Shown here: positions 28,296 to 37,197 of the stretch, one piece after another
How the letters are laid out: each line of letters opens with the position of its first letter
How positions within the stretch are numbered: position 1 is the stretch's first letter
From: Vicinamibacterales bacterium
GTDB taxonomy: Bacteria > Acidobacteriota > Vicinamibacteria > Vicinamibacterales > UBA2999
Assembly (NCBI GenBank): GCA_965249205.1
Contig: CBDFLL010000005.1
Span: 1,027,045-1,091,044 of the forward strand
Length of the DNA stretch: 64,000 nucleotides
Direction: 5' to 3'
Notes under the pieces: model-generated
What the model was told of the DNA's origin: nothing
Databases searched by the model: none
What the model saw: the letters and a program-made list of their open reading frames with translations, nothing else
Position numbers and translations under genes: made by a program

Positions 28296-29113
28296 GCCCT
28301 CACCACCTCGGCGACCCGGTTCACATACGACCAGTCGCGGCCTGGCCACGAGTCGAACGTGTGCGTCACCGCACGCGGCTGAATCACACTCGACCGTCCG
28401 GTGTGCTGCACGAAACTCGGCGCCGACGCCAGAAAGAACCGCAGCGTCGGGTAGCGCGCCGCCGACCACCGGTGTATCGCGAGGTCATAGCAGGCATCAC
28501 GCCCAACACCGTCGTCCCCGAGATAGCGCGGGTGGTCGAACAGCCACTCCGCCAGCGACCGTGCATCCGCATGCCTGACGGCGAATGCCTGCGTCCCATA
28601 GAACGCCGACACCGGGTAATCCCATGACGTCCCGCCGCGCGTCACCACGTCCAGGATCTGCTGGTAGGCCGCGCCGAACGCATACACGCGCCGGTCGTCG
28701 CGCGCATGCGCATCGAGCCACGCCCCGACGCTGTCAAGAAACCATCCGCACACGTCGATGTCATCCTCGAGGAACAGCACCCACCGGGCATCCGTCCCGG
28801 CCCCGACTAGCAACGCCGTGGCCACGTTCTCGTTCGGCGTGCGCCGCTGCCCGTCTCCCGGGCGATGCACCGTGATCACGCTCTCGTCACTGGGCTGCCG
28901 CCACACGTGATGACGCCCATCCCGATACGGGTGCAACACGATCGCCGCATCCGGCCACGCCTCAGATCCCCCTGAATCCACGATGTGCAGCCCGTGCAGG
29001 CGCGGTGACGCGAGCACGCCCGCCCGCGCCAGATTGTCCAGCGTGGCCTCCAGATAGTTCTGTGCCTTCGGCTGCCGGTCTACGGTCACTACAACGACGG
29101 CGATGTCCCTCAT
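28292..29113 (-). CDS. Glycosyltransferase-like protein, GT-A fold candidate (start at MRDIAVVVVTVDRQP)
   Basis: IAVVVVTVDR...NYLEATLDNL...HIVDSGG resembles the N-terminal nucleotide-sugar-binding segment of GT-A (family 2/25-like) enzymes. About 273 aa. Confidence 0.45.
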   Translation of the reverse strand: MRDIAVVVVTVDRQPKAQNYLEATLDNLARAGVLASPRLHGLHIVDSGGSEAWPDAAIVLHPYRDGRHHVWRQPSDESVITVHRPGDGQRRTPNENVATALLVGAGTDARWVLFLEDDIDVCGWFLDSVGAWLDAHARDDRRVYAFGAAYQQILDVVTRGGTSWDYPVSAFYGTQAFAVRHADARSLAEWLFDHPRYLGDDGVGRDACYDLAIHRWSAARYPTLRFFLASAPSFVQHTGRSSVIQPRAVTHTFDSWPGRDWSYVNRVAEVVRA

Positions 29114-29229
29114 GTCGCGGCCTCCCCGCAGCGGTGGACACTCGCGGTCCCCTCGTCCTTGGTCGCTCATTCGATCACGAGCGACCCCTCCGGTGGCGCT
29201 GCGACAGGTCGCCGGGATTCGCGGTGCCG

Positions 29230-29808
29230 TCATCGCCAGAACACCTGCACGTTCTGCCCGTACCACCACGCGTGCGGAGCGGCATTCAACCACCGCCGTG
29301 CCACGATGCGCGACGTCATTTCGTCCCACCGATACCCACGCGCCGCGAGTTTGCTGCGCCAGTACGTGTGCGGCTGCTCGTTCAGGTGCCCCGCGCCGCC
29401 TTGCCCCGGCACTGCCGCCGTGAACAGGAGCTTGCCACCTGCTTTCGTCAGCCGCGCCAGCGTGTCGCAGAGCGTCTCCGCCGCCGCAGCGGGTAGGTGC
29501 TCGGCCACTTCCCAGCACAGCACCATCTCGGCCGGCTCAAGGCTTTCGCCCCATGGCTTCGTGAGGTCTCCCTGCAACAGGACGCCGTGCGAGGGCACGC
29601 TCGGCGCCGGCAACGCCACATCCACCCCAAACGCGAGGACCCCCGCGGCGGCGGACATCCGCACCAGGTGTCCGTCGCCGCAGCCCACATCGATCAACGA
29701 CTCCGGGTAGCCGAACTGCTCGAACACCAACGCCAGGCAGCGGCCACTCTCCCGCTCCGTTCGGGCGGCCTGCCGGTACGCGAGTCGCTGCAAGGGCGTC
29801 GTCATGCG
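29230..29808 (-). CDS. Class I SAM-dependent methyltransferase (start at MTTPLQRLAY)
   Basis: LIDVGCGDGHLVRMSAAAGVLAFGVDVA (motif I GxGxG), ...MVLCWEVAEHLP..., ...AGGKLLFTA. About 193 aa. Confidence 0.7.
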   Translation of the reverse strand, partial: RMTTPLQRLAYRQAARTERESGRCLALVFEQFGYPESLIDVGCGDGHLVRMSAAAGVLAFGVDVALPAPSVPSHGVLLQGDLTKPWGESLEPAEMVLCWEVAEHLPAAAAETLCDTLARLTKAGGKLLFTAAVPGQGGAGHLNEQPHTYWRSKLAARGYRWDEMTSRIVARRWLNAAPHAWWYGQNVQVFWR

Positions 29809-30453
29809 GCTGTTTCCAACCCGAACACGTCGTGCAGTTCCGGTGACGTCGTTGACACCATCCGCCGATGCCGCGCACGCAACGCCGCCAAACAGGCGCG
29901 GTCGCCTGGCACGTGCGGACGCGACGCCGTATCCCATGACAGCCCGGCATGGCCGCCCTTGAGCGAGATCCCCGCGAGCACCACTGCCGCCGCACCACCG
30001 GCGAACGCCAAGCACGCCGCAAACACCCCGGTCGACACCCGCTGGTCCCTCGGTCCGGCGCCCAGCGCCTCTCCGCACGCGGCCTGCACGATGGCATTCC
30101 GGTCGGCCGTCGACACCCCGATCAGCGTGTCGTAGTCCACCTCGACGTCCGCCAGCGTCGCGCGCACCCGCTCGAGCGGGCCATCCGTCAGATCCGCCCA
30201 GACCTGCCGCACGCGCAACCCGTGCCACCGGTCGATCGTCTCGCGCTGCTGCCGAGAGCGTCGCCCGCAGAAATGCGCGGTCGTCGCCAGCACATCCACC
30301 TGCTGCCCGCCGTCCCGCGCCACGTAGGCGCCGCCGTTGGCCGCGATGATCACGGCACTCGGCCGCACCACGACCGAGGGGGCCGATCCCACCACGGAGA
30401 CGACCTTCCCCCCGAACACCCGGAGGCCATGCGTCGCGACCTCGGTCAACATC
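29802..30453 (-). CDS. Hypothetical Rossmann-like protein (possible nucleotide-sugar-dependent transferase); overlaps the methyltransferase start by 7 nt
   Basis: MMLTEVATHGLRVFGGKVVSVVGSAPSVVVRPSAVIIAANGGAYVARDGG... is a GxGxS-type beta-alpha-beta N-terminus. No confident family assignment. Confidence 0.3.
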
Positions 30454-30787
30454 ATTGGAAATACACCGTCTCGTGATGGGGGCCGTTCTCGTCGGACGCC
30501 TCCTTCACGGCAATCGGGAGCGGCTGCGTCGGCACGAAACGCGCCGGCAGCGTGAACCGGTCCTTGACCGTCACGCCGAACGCGCCCGCCAACGTCACCT
30601 GCACCGTGCTCACCGTCTCGTGCCCCTGCTGATCGCGCACCGTCATGACCTTGCCGCTCACGCGCGCCGCCCGTGCCGCGCCCGCGGCATACGTCGGGTT
30701 GCCGAAGCCGTCCACGCTCACACACGACTCCACCGTCACGGTGTCGGTAAAGAGGTCCGCCAGGTCGTCAACAATCGGATCCGCCAT
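30452..30787 (-). CDS. Phage head-tail connector/head closure-like protein
   Basis: 111 aa, between the capsid-proximal genes and the tail-proximal adaptor. Translationally coupled. Confidence 0.35.
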   Translation of the reverse strand: MADPIVDDLADLFTDTVTVESCVSVDGFGNPTYAAGAARAARVSGKVMTVRDQQGHETVSTVQVTLAGAFGVTVKDRFTLPARFVPTQPLPIAVKEASDENGPHHETVYFQ

Positions 30788-30791
30788 CCGC

Positions 30792-31153
30792 CTACACCAC
30801 CCGGAACACCGCTGCTCGTGGGCCCGCCTTCAAGAGCATCTCGGCCCCGCGCGTCCGCAATCCCTTCAGATGCGCCCGATAGGCCGAGTCTGGCGAATCG
30901 CCCCACGCCAGCCGCAGGTCCTCGACCTGCTTGCTCACCAGGCCCTTCTTCTGCGCCAGGAGCACCTCACGCACCGCGCCGCCGCGAGGTACTTGACGTG
31001 GTCCCCCGCGCCGGCGCGGGTCCGTTCTTCCGCAATGACGGCGACGATCTCCTCGTCCTGCAAGGCGGCCTTCGTGACGTCGCGGTCCCCAATGAAGAAC
31101 CGCACCCAATCCCGCTCCGACGCCAGCGACGCGTCGTAGGTCGCCGCCATCAA
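30792..31153 (-). pseudogene. Phage head-tail adaptor-like protein carrying a +1 frameshift (~30975-30990)
   Basis: N-terminal frame MMAATYDASLASERDWVRFFIGDRDVTKAALQDEEIVAVIAEERTRAGAGDHVKYLAAAR. It continues only in another frame as VREVLLAQKKGLVSKQVEDLRLAWGDSPDSAYRAHLKGLRTRGAEMLLKAGPRAAVFRVV. The shift lies in a gcggcggcgcgg tract. Confidence 0.4.
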
Positions 31154-31156
31154 CGC

Positions 31157-31321
31157 CTACACCGACTTCTTCGGCGCTCTCGCCTTCACCGGCTCGACCC
31201 GGTCGCCGAGCGCCTCGGCGTCCTTTGGTGTCAGGTCGACTTCCACGCCGGGGACGCATCGGACGGTCTGACCGTCGACGCGCCACCCGAACTTCCCTTT
31301 CACCACGCGATACGTCGGCAT
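31157..31321 (-). CDS. Small hypothetical protein (54 aa)
   Basis: MPTYRVVKGKFGWRVDGQTVRCVPGVEVDLTPKDAEALGDRVEPVKARAPKKSV has good composition. Sits between the capsid and adaptor genes. Confidence 0.3.
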   Translation of the reverse strand: MPTYRVVKGKFGWRVDGQTVRCVPGVEVDLTPKDAEALGDRVEPVKARAPKKSV

Positions 31322-31355
31322 GTGTCCCCGTGCCCTCTCTGGCCCGCGTGACCGC

Positions 31356-32645
31356 CTAGACCGTCGTGTGGCCAACGCAGATGCCCGACTTCCCGTCGTA
31401 GTCGTCGCGCACGCGCGGCACGATGATCGCCATGACCATCCAGAACAGGACGAAGCCGTCCGTCGACGTCCACGGCACGACCACGGGCCGCTGCCCGTCG
31501 ATAATGTCGATGACATCCGACGTCATCTGCACCATCGCGGTCCGGTTGGTCGGGAGCAGGTCCGCCGTCTTGACCATCAGGGTCCGGCCGCCCACCTGAA
31601 TCTCCTGGAGCCGCTGGAGGATGGTCTTGTCCGAGTGCGCCTTGAAGTCCTCGTTCAACTTGTTGCCGTACGAGGTCGGCACGTAGAGGTGGTAGGGCCC
31701 GTACCGCTTGTCCGCCTGCAACGTATCGATCATGCCCTGCACGTCGCCCAGGATGTCCTCGCCGTCATGCCCCGCCGCATCCCACGCCTCGTTCGAGCTA
31801 TAGGCGTACGCATTCACGTTCGGCGCATTCAGGAGTCCCGGCGTGCTACTGCCAGCCACCGTCACCGCAGCCCCGTTGATCACCGAGTCCTCGATCGCTT
31901 CATTGACCCGCCGCGTCGCCTGCTCGACGAGCGCCGTGTCGATCGGCGTGCCGTTCCGTTCCGACGCGGACAGCAGTCTCCGGTTGACGCTGAAATCCTC
32001 CGTCGTCAGATAGATCGGGATCTTCCGGACATCGCGGCCCTGCAACTGGTTCTCCCCGCGCGCCCGTGGCAGCATCGTGCGCTGCGCCCCGCCGGCTTCC
32101 GACACGACCTCCCACTGGAGCTCCATGACGCTCATCGGATTCGCCAAGGGGAACGTCAGCCCGGCCGCCATCACGTCGGCGGCGATGGTCAGCCGGTCCA
32201 GCCCAACGCGGACCACCGCCTGGTCAACGAGCTTCTGCGCATCCTCTTCGAGCGGCGAGTTCGCCCGCATCTCGGCGACACTCAACCCGCTGGTCAACAG
32301 CGCGCGCATATGCGCTGGCGCCCGGTCGGCCAGGTATCGAGTGGCGGCCGGCGTGAGGCCCGGCACCGCAACCAGGAGCCCCATGTCTGCCTCACCGCAC
32401 AGCACCATGGCGCCCATCGCGGCCGCGGCCAGCGCCGGCCCGCGCCACCGATGACCACACGCACGCTGTAGGCCCGCCCTCATTCGCGCGACCGCGTCAC
32501 GGAGGGCCATCGCCCCTCTTGTCACCGCGTTGGCCAACGTCCCGCGCCAGGCCTGGACGTTGACCAGCTTCGTTGGCATCGCGGCGACCGCGATCAGCAT
32601 CGCCACCACACACGGCAGCACGGTACAGGTGCGTTCTCTCGTCAT
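31356..32645 (-). CDS. Phage major capsid protein, HK97-fold, encapsulin/Linocin-M18-like family (true start probably internal)
   Basis: The segment IPIYLTTEDFSVNRRLLSASERNGTPIDTALVEQATRRVNEAIEDSVINGAA parallels the encapsulin region PFTLSRRELDDVERGAKDLDLDAVEEAARKLAAAEDRAIFHG. Located between the protease/scaffold-decoration genes and the head-tail connectors. Confidence 0.6.
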   Translation of the reverse strand: MTRERTCTVLPCVVAMLIAVAAMPTKLVNVQAWRGTLANAVTRGAMALRDAVARMRAGLQRACGHRWRGPALAAAAMGAMVLCGEADMGLLVAVPGLTPAATRYLADRAPAHMRALLTSGLSVAEMRANSPLEEDAQKLVDQAVVRVGLDRLTIAADVMAAGLTFPLANPMSVMELQWEVVSEAGGAQRTMLPRARGENQLQGRDVRKIPIYLTTEDFSVNRRLLSASERNGTPIDTALVEQATRRVNEAIEDSVINGAAVTVAGSSTPGLLNAPNVNAYAYSSNEAWDAAGHDGEDILGDVQGMIDTLQADKRYGPYHLYVPTSYGNKLNEDFKAHSDKTILQRLQEIQVGGRTLMVKTADLLPTNRTAMVQMTSDVIDIIDGQRPVVVPWTSTDGFVLFWMVMAIIVPRVRDDYDGKSGICVGHTTV

Positions 32646-32682
32646 GATTCGGTTCTCCTCAACCTCTGTCCGTTGGCGTGGC

Positions 32683-33114
32683 CTAGACCACTTCGACGCG
32701 CATCCGCGCGTCTCCCGGGCCGGCCGAGTTGTCCTTCGCCTCGATCGCCTTGGCGACGATCGTGCCCGTGCTGTGCGCGATCAGCCGGCCCGCCCCGTCA
32801 TGCTCAAGCGCGGCACCGTCCGCGAGGTTCTGCCCCGAGGGCACAAACGCCAAGAACGTCGTGCCCGGCACGCCGACACCGGCCTTGACGAGATCGCCGT
32901 CCGCATACGCGTCGTCGAGGCCCTTGTTCATCTCGGACTGGTCGAGCGCGATCGTCGAGCCCGCCACGCCGGCCGAGGCGTGTTTGATGTATTTCCCGGC
33001 ACTCCGATCGAGGAAGTGCCCGGGCGTGATCGCCCCGCTGGCGTGCAGGTCGTTGACCTCCGTGACCGGCCCGCCCAGGTGAATCGTGCGCGGATGGAAT
33101 TTCGTGATTGCCAT
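32683..33114 (-). CDS. Phage head decoration-like protein (DUF2190-like)
   Basis: 143 aa, Gly/Ala-rich beta protein immediately upstream of the major capsid gene. Confidence 0.35.
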   Translation of the reverse strand: MAITKFHPRTIHLGGPVTEVNDLHASGAITPGHFLDRSAGKYIKHASAGVAGSTIALDQSEMNKGLDDAYADGDLVKAGVGVPGTTFLAFVPSGQNLADGAALEHDGAGRLIAHSTGTIVAKAIEAKDNSAGPGDARMRVEVV

Positions 33115-33170
33115 GCTCTCGTCTCCTTCGCTGCCGTACGGTTCGCGCGGCCGGTGAGTGGGTCGGCCTC

Positions 33171-34877
33171 CTACGCCGTCCGCTGCTCGAGCGCCGCCTG
33201 GTACGGGTCCGGCGGCGTCGCGTACACGTCATCCTCCGCCGCGGCGCTCCGCGGCACGCCTCGCCCGCTGAAGTTCGGCTGGACCACCTCGGCCTTGGCG
33301 ACCCGCGCCATCCGCTCCAGGTCGTCGACGTCCATTTCGGTCAGCTCCGCTTCGCTGTACTCCGTCTGCGCCGTCTTGAGCACCGATACCAGCGCCGTCT
33401 TCCGCTCGGCACGCTGCGCCTTGTCCCGCGCCACCAGATCCTTGATGGACTTCGGGGCCGTCTTCAGGTACTCCTCCTCGGACTGCTCACTCGACGCCGC
33501 CGGACTCGGCTGTGCGCCCTGCGCCGGGGCGGCCGGTGGATCCGCCACCTTCTTATCTGCCGCCTCGAGCGCCGTCAGCTGCTCGTCTGTCAACGACTCC
33601 AGGAACGCCTGATGCTCCGCCGAAAACGTGACTGCCGCCTCGAGCGTCGTCAGCTGCTCGTCCGTCAACGACTCCAGGAACGCCTGATGCTCCGCCGAAA
33701 ACGTGTGCTGCTTGCTCGCGATGAGCGCCGAAATGCGCTGCGACTTCTCCATGACTGCTCCTCCTGCCGTTCGTTGTGTGTTGCCGCCACAGCCGCAGGC
33801 GGCCTTCGGCGCTGCTGGTGCCGCACTCACAGACACGAACGCCGTCTCTGCGCGCACCTCGGTTTTGTCGTCCTGCAGGGCCACCGTGCCCTTCGCCTTG
33901 AGACTGAACGACCGCTGGTACATCCGCAGCCCGCCGCCACCGTCCGCGAACGCGTGGTAGATGACGCGCTCGGCGTCATCGACCGCGAGGATGCCGATAA
34001 ATCCCGGCTCGGCGTCGCGCAACGCAATCTCCAAGGCCCCGCGCAGGTCCGTGTCCGTCAGCGCTGCGCGCAACCCCAGCGAGTCCAGCCCTTCGACCGT
34101 GGCCGCGTAGGTCAGTCGGTCACTCTCCGACACCGTGCCGCGACCAAACAACGTCTTGAGACTGTGCTTCAGCGCATCGAGCGTCGACTGGTTCATTGCG
34201 TTCCCTTCTCTGGCCGCCACCCGTGGTGCCCCGCACCCCATTTCAATCGAGCACGCGCCCACCTCGCCCTTCCGCAGCATCGCGAGGTGATCCGGGCCGA
34301 CGTGGCGCCACACGTAGCGATACGCCTGGCCGTCGTGCTCTCCTTCGTGTTCCTCGAGATCGAGCAACACGCCCACGGAGACTTCCACTTGTTCGTCGTC
34401 GAGGAGCCGCTCGACGAGCTCTTTCGCGTCGCCGCCCAACTCCTTGGCGCGCGTCTCGTCAATCCACGCTTCCACCGTCAGCCGGCGGTCATCCAGCGCG
34501 GCACTGAAGATTGAGCCCACCGAGCCTGCTTCAAGGACCGCTGGATCGTTTGCGCTGACGTGCTCGCCGTGGCGTGTGGGATGGCCGACCATGACCGGCC
34601 GACCGTTCCAGGTGCGCGGGTGATGGCCGAATTCAGAGGCGAGCGCCAGCTCGGGACCGCTCGAATTGGCCGGACGCACCACCCCCTCGACGAGGGCGAT
34701 AACCGGCACGACCAGATGCGGCGCCCCGCGGAACTCCGCCGTGCGGATCTGACCGGTCTTGCCGGCGAGATGGCGCACCGTCGGCACGGCGGCCGCCTGG
34801 CAGGCGCGCAGTTGCTGTGTCCTCACCGCTGCCCATGGTAGGGGCGCGGCCCAGACACCGCATATTTTGGTTAACAC
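33171..34877 (-). CDS. Phage prohead protease / scaffolding fusion protein with an internal 25-aa tandem repeat
   Basis: 568 aa. The N-terminal globular domain precedes the capsid gene as prohead proteases do. The C-terminal half is a highly charged alpha-helical region (EEEYLKTAPKSIKDLVARDKAQRAERKTALVSVLKTAQTEY...) typical of scaffolds. TFSAEHQAFLESLTDEQLT(T/A)LEAA is repeated twice. Confidence 0.45.
   Translation of the reverse strand: MLTKICGVWAAPLPWAAVRTQQLRACQAAAVPTVRHLAGKTGQIRTAEFRGAPHLVVPVIALVEGVVRPANSSGPELALASEFGHHPRTWNGRPVMVGHPTRHGEHVSANDPAVLEAGSVGSIFSAALDDRRLTVEAWIDETRAKELGGDAKELVERLLDDEQVEVSVGVLLDLEEHEGEHDGQAYRYVWRHVGPDHLAMLRKGEVGACSIEMGCGAPRVAAREGNAMNQSTLDALKHSLKTLFGRGTVSESDRLTYAATVEGLDSLGLRAALTDTDLRGALEIALRDAEPGFIGILAVDDAERVIYHAFADGGGGLRMYQRSFSLKAKGTVALQDDKTEVRAETAFVSVSAAPAAPKAACGCGGNTQRTAGGAVMEKSQRISALIASKQHTFSAEHQAFLESLTDEQLTTLEAAVTFSAEHQAFLESLTDEQLTALEAADKKVADPPAAPAQGAQPSPAASSEQSEEEYLKTAPKSIKDLVARDKAQRAERKTALVSVLKTAQTEYSEAELTEMDVDDLERMARVAKAEVVQPNFSGRGVPRSAAAEDDVYATPPDPYQAALEQRTA
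33557..33706 (-). repeat. Perfect-frame 75-bp tandem duplication (x2) inside the protease/scaffold gene
   Basis: ctgccgcctcgagcg(c/t)cgtcagctgctcgtc(t/c)gtcaacgactccaggaacgcctgatgctccgccgaaaacgtg occurs twice in tandem. Confidence 0.8.
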
Positions 34878-35086
34878 AATTCAGAACGACCGGTTCGGTC
34901 ACGTTTGACGACCGCTCTAGGGAAGGAACCGAGGCGAGAAGTGGAGGAGGCGGCGGTCCAATTGGGGCGAAAAGGCGGTCAAGCCAGGCGAGCAAGCTGT
35001 CTCAGAAACAGCGATCTGCTGTTGCTCGACAGGCCGCTGCCGCGAGATGAAATCGCGGCAAAAGCCGTAGCTCAGCCGCCACACTA

Positions 35087-36139
35087 GTAGACTCGTGCTT
35101 ATCCGGTTGTTTCAGCAAGCCACCACCGGTAGTGTATCGGCGTGGCGCGCCCGTCGTTTCCGAAGAATCTCCGGGAGTTTCAGCGGCAATTTGCGACCGC
35201 CGAGGCCTGTCAGGACTACTTGGCGGCGTGCCGCTGGCCGGACGGCTTTGTGTGTCCCCGGTGCCGGCACGCGCGCGGCTATCGCCTGACCACACACCGG
35301 CGCTGGCAATGTGCGGCGTGCCGGTATCAGGTGTCGCTGACCGCCGGGACGATTCTCCACAACACGAAGACGCCGCTCCTGGTGTGGTTCTGGGCGGCCT
35401 ATTTGACGGTTACCGACAAGCGGGGCCTCTCGGCGCTCCTGCTGCAGCGGCAGTTGGGCCTGCGGCGGTACGAAACGGCGTGGCTGCTGTTGCACAAGCT
35501 GCGGCGCGCGATGGTGAACGCGGGGCGGGAGCCCTTATACGGCGACGTGGAGATCGATGACACCTGGGTGGGCGCGCCCCAGGCCGGCCTGCGCGGCAGT
35601 CGCCAACTCAAGGGGCGGAAAGCCGCGCTGGTGCTGGTGGCGGTGGAACGACGCGGGGATCGGTCGGGTCGGGTCCGCATGTCCGTGATCCCGAACTTCA
35701 AACAATCGACGATGCTCGCGTTCGTCACTCACCACATTGCGCCGGGGGCGACGGTCTACACCGACGGGCTGAAAAGTTTCGATGGGCTCCAGGCCGCTGA
35801 CGTGAGACACGTCGCCCGCCCGCAACCGATCCGGAGCGCCCTGCACAGGGGGGTGCCCTCCGTCGTGCCTTTGGCCGACCGCGTCATCGGCAATTGCCAA
35901 CAGTGGTTGATTGGCACGCACCACGGCGTCAGCAAGGCGCAACTACAGGTCTACCTCGATGAGTTCGTGTTTCGGCACAATCGGCGGCGGCACCCGATGG
36001 CCGCCTTTCAGACCCTGCTGGGCCTGGGGACCGGACGGACGCCCACGCCCGCCCGACGGATTCGCGGCGCGCAGGACGTGCGCCCCCCAGGCTGATCGCA
36101 AGATATAGGGGTTAGCTGAAACAACCGGATAAGCACGAC
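35087..36139 (+). mobile_element. IS1595-family insertion sequence, copy 1 of a tandem pair
   Basis: 24-27-bp terminal inverted repeats GACTCGTGCTTATCCGGTTGTTTCAGC / GCTGAAACAACCGGATAAGCACGA. Encodes a 317-aa transposase. Confidence 0.8.
35142..36095 (+). CDS. IS1595-family transposase (N-terminal zinc ribbon plus DDE domain)
   Basis: CPRCRHARGYRLTTHRRWQCAACRYQ zinc-ribbon, then DDE core ...VEIDDTWVG...VYTDGLKSF...YLDEFVFRHNRR, typical of ISXO2/IS1595 transposases. Confidence 0.85.
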   Translation: MARPSFPKNLREFQRQFATAEACQDYLAACRWPDGFVCPRCRHARGYRLTTHRRWQCAACRYQVSLTAGTILHNTKTPLLVWFWAAYLTVTDKRGLSALLLQRQLGLRRYETAWLLLHKLRRAMVNAGREPLYGDVEIDDTWVGAPQAGLRGSRQLKGRKAALVLVAVERRGDRSGRVRMSVIPNFKQSTMLAFVTHHIAPGATVYTDGLKSFDGLQAADVRHVARPQPIRSALHRGVPSVVPLADRVIGNCQQWLIGTHHGVSKAQLQVYLDEFVFRHNRRRHPMAAFQTLLGLGTGRTPTPARRIRGAQDVRPPG

Positions 36140-36143
36140 GCGA

Positions 36144-37197
36144 CTCGTGCTTATCCGGTTGTTTCAGCAAGCCACCACCGGTAGTGTATCGGCGTGGCGC
36201 GCCCGTCGTTTCCGAAGAATCTCCGGGAGTTTCAGCGGCAATTTGCGACCGCCGAGGCCTGTCAGGACTACTTGGCGGCGTGCCGCTGGCCGGACGGCTT
36301 TGTGTGTCCCCGGTGCCGGCACGCGCGCGGCTATCGCCTGACCACACACCGGCGCTGGCAATGTGCGGCGTGCCGGTATCAGGTGTCGCTGACCGCCGGG
36401 ACGATTCTCCACAACACGAAGACGCCGCTCCTGGTGTGGTTCTGGGCGGCCTATTTGACGGTTACCGACAAGCGGGGCCTCTCGGCGCTCCTGCTGCAGC
36501 GGCAGTTGGGCCTGCGGCGGTACGAAACGGCGTGGCTGCTGTTGCACAAGCTGCGGCGCGCGATGGTGAACGCGGGGCGGGAGCCCTTGTACGGCGACGT
36601 GGAGATCGATGACACCTGGGTGGGCGCGCCCCAGGCCGGCCTGCGCGGCAGTCGCCAACTCAAGGGGCGGAAAGCCGCGCTGGTGCTGGTGGCGGTGGAA
36701 CGACGCGGGGATCGGTCGGGTCGGGTCCGCATGTCCGTGATCCCGAACTTCAAACAATCGACGATGCTCGCGTTCGTCACTCACCACATTGCGCCGGGGG
36801 CGACGGTCTACACCGACGGGCTGAAAAGTTTCGATGGGCTCCAGGCCGCTGACGTGAGACACGTCGCCCGCCCGCAACCGATCCGGAGCGCCCTGCACAG
36901 GGGGGTGCCCTCCGTCGTGCCTTTGGCCGACCGCGTCATCGGCAATTGCCAACAGTGGTTGATTGGCACGCACCACGGCGTCAGCAAGGCGCAACTACAG
37001 GTCTACCTCGATGAGTTCGTGTTTCGGCACAATCGGCGGCGGCACCCGATGGCCGCCTTTCAGACCCTGCTGGGCCTGGGGACCGGACGGACGCCCACGC
37101 CCGCCCGACGGATTCGCGGCGCGCAGGACGTGCGCCCCCCAGGCTGATCGCAAGATATAGGGGTTAGCTGAAACAACCGGATAAGCACGAGTCGACT
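36144..37197 (+). mobile_element. IS1595-family insertion sequence, copy 2 (head-to-tail with copy 1, separated by ~4 bp)
   Basis: Same inverted repeats. Near-identical to copy 1; I saw only two substitutions. Confidence 0.8.
36194..37147 (+). CDS. IS1595-family transposase (second copy)
   Basis: Protein identical to 35142..36095. Confidence 0.85.
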   Translation: MARPSFPKNLREFQRQFATAEACQDYLAACRWPDGFVCPRCRHARGYRLTTHRRWQCAACRYQVSLTAGTILHNTKTPLLVWFWAAYLTVTDKRGLSALLLQRQLGLRRYETAWLLLHKLRRAMVNAGREPLYGDVEIDDTWVGAPQAGLRGSRQLKGRKAALVLVAVERRGDRSGRVRMSVIPNFKQSTMLAFVTHHIAPGATVYTDGLKSFDGLQAADVRHVARPQPIRSALHRGVPSVVPLADRVIGNCQQWLIGTHHGVSKAQLQVYLDEFVFRHNRRRHPMAAFQTLLGLGTGRTPTPARRIRGAQDVRPPG

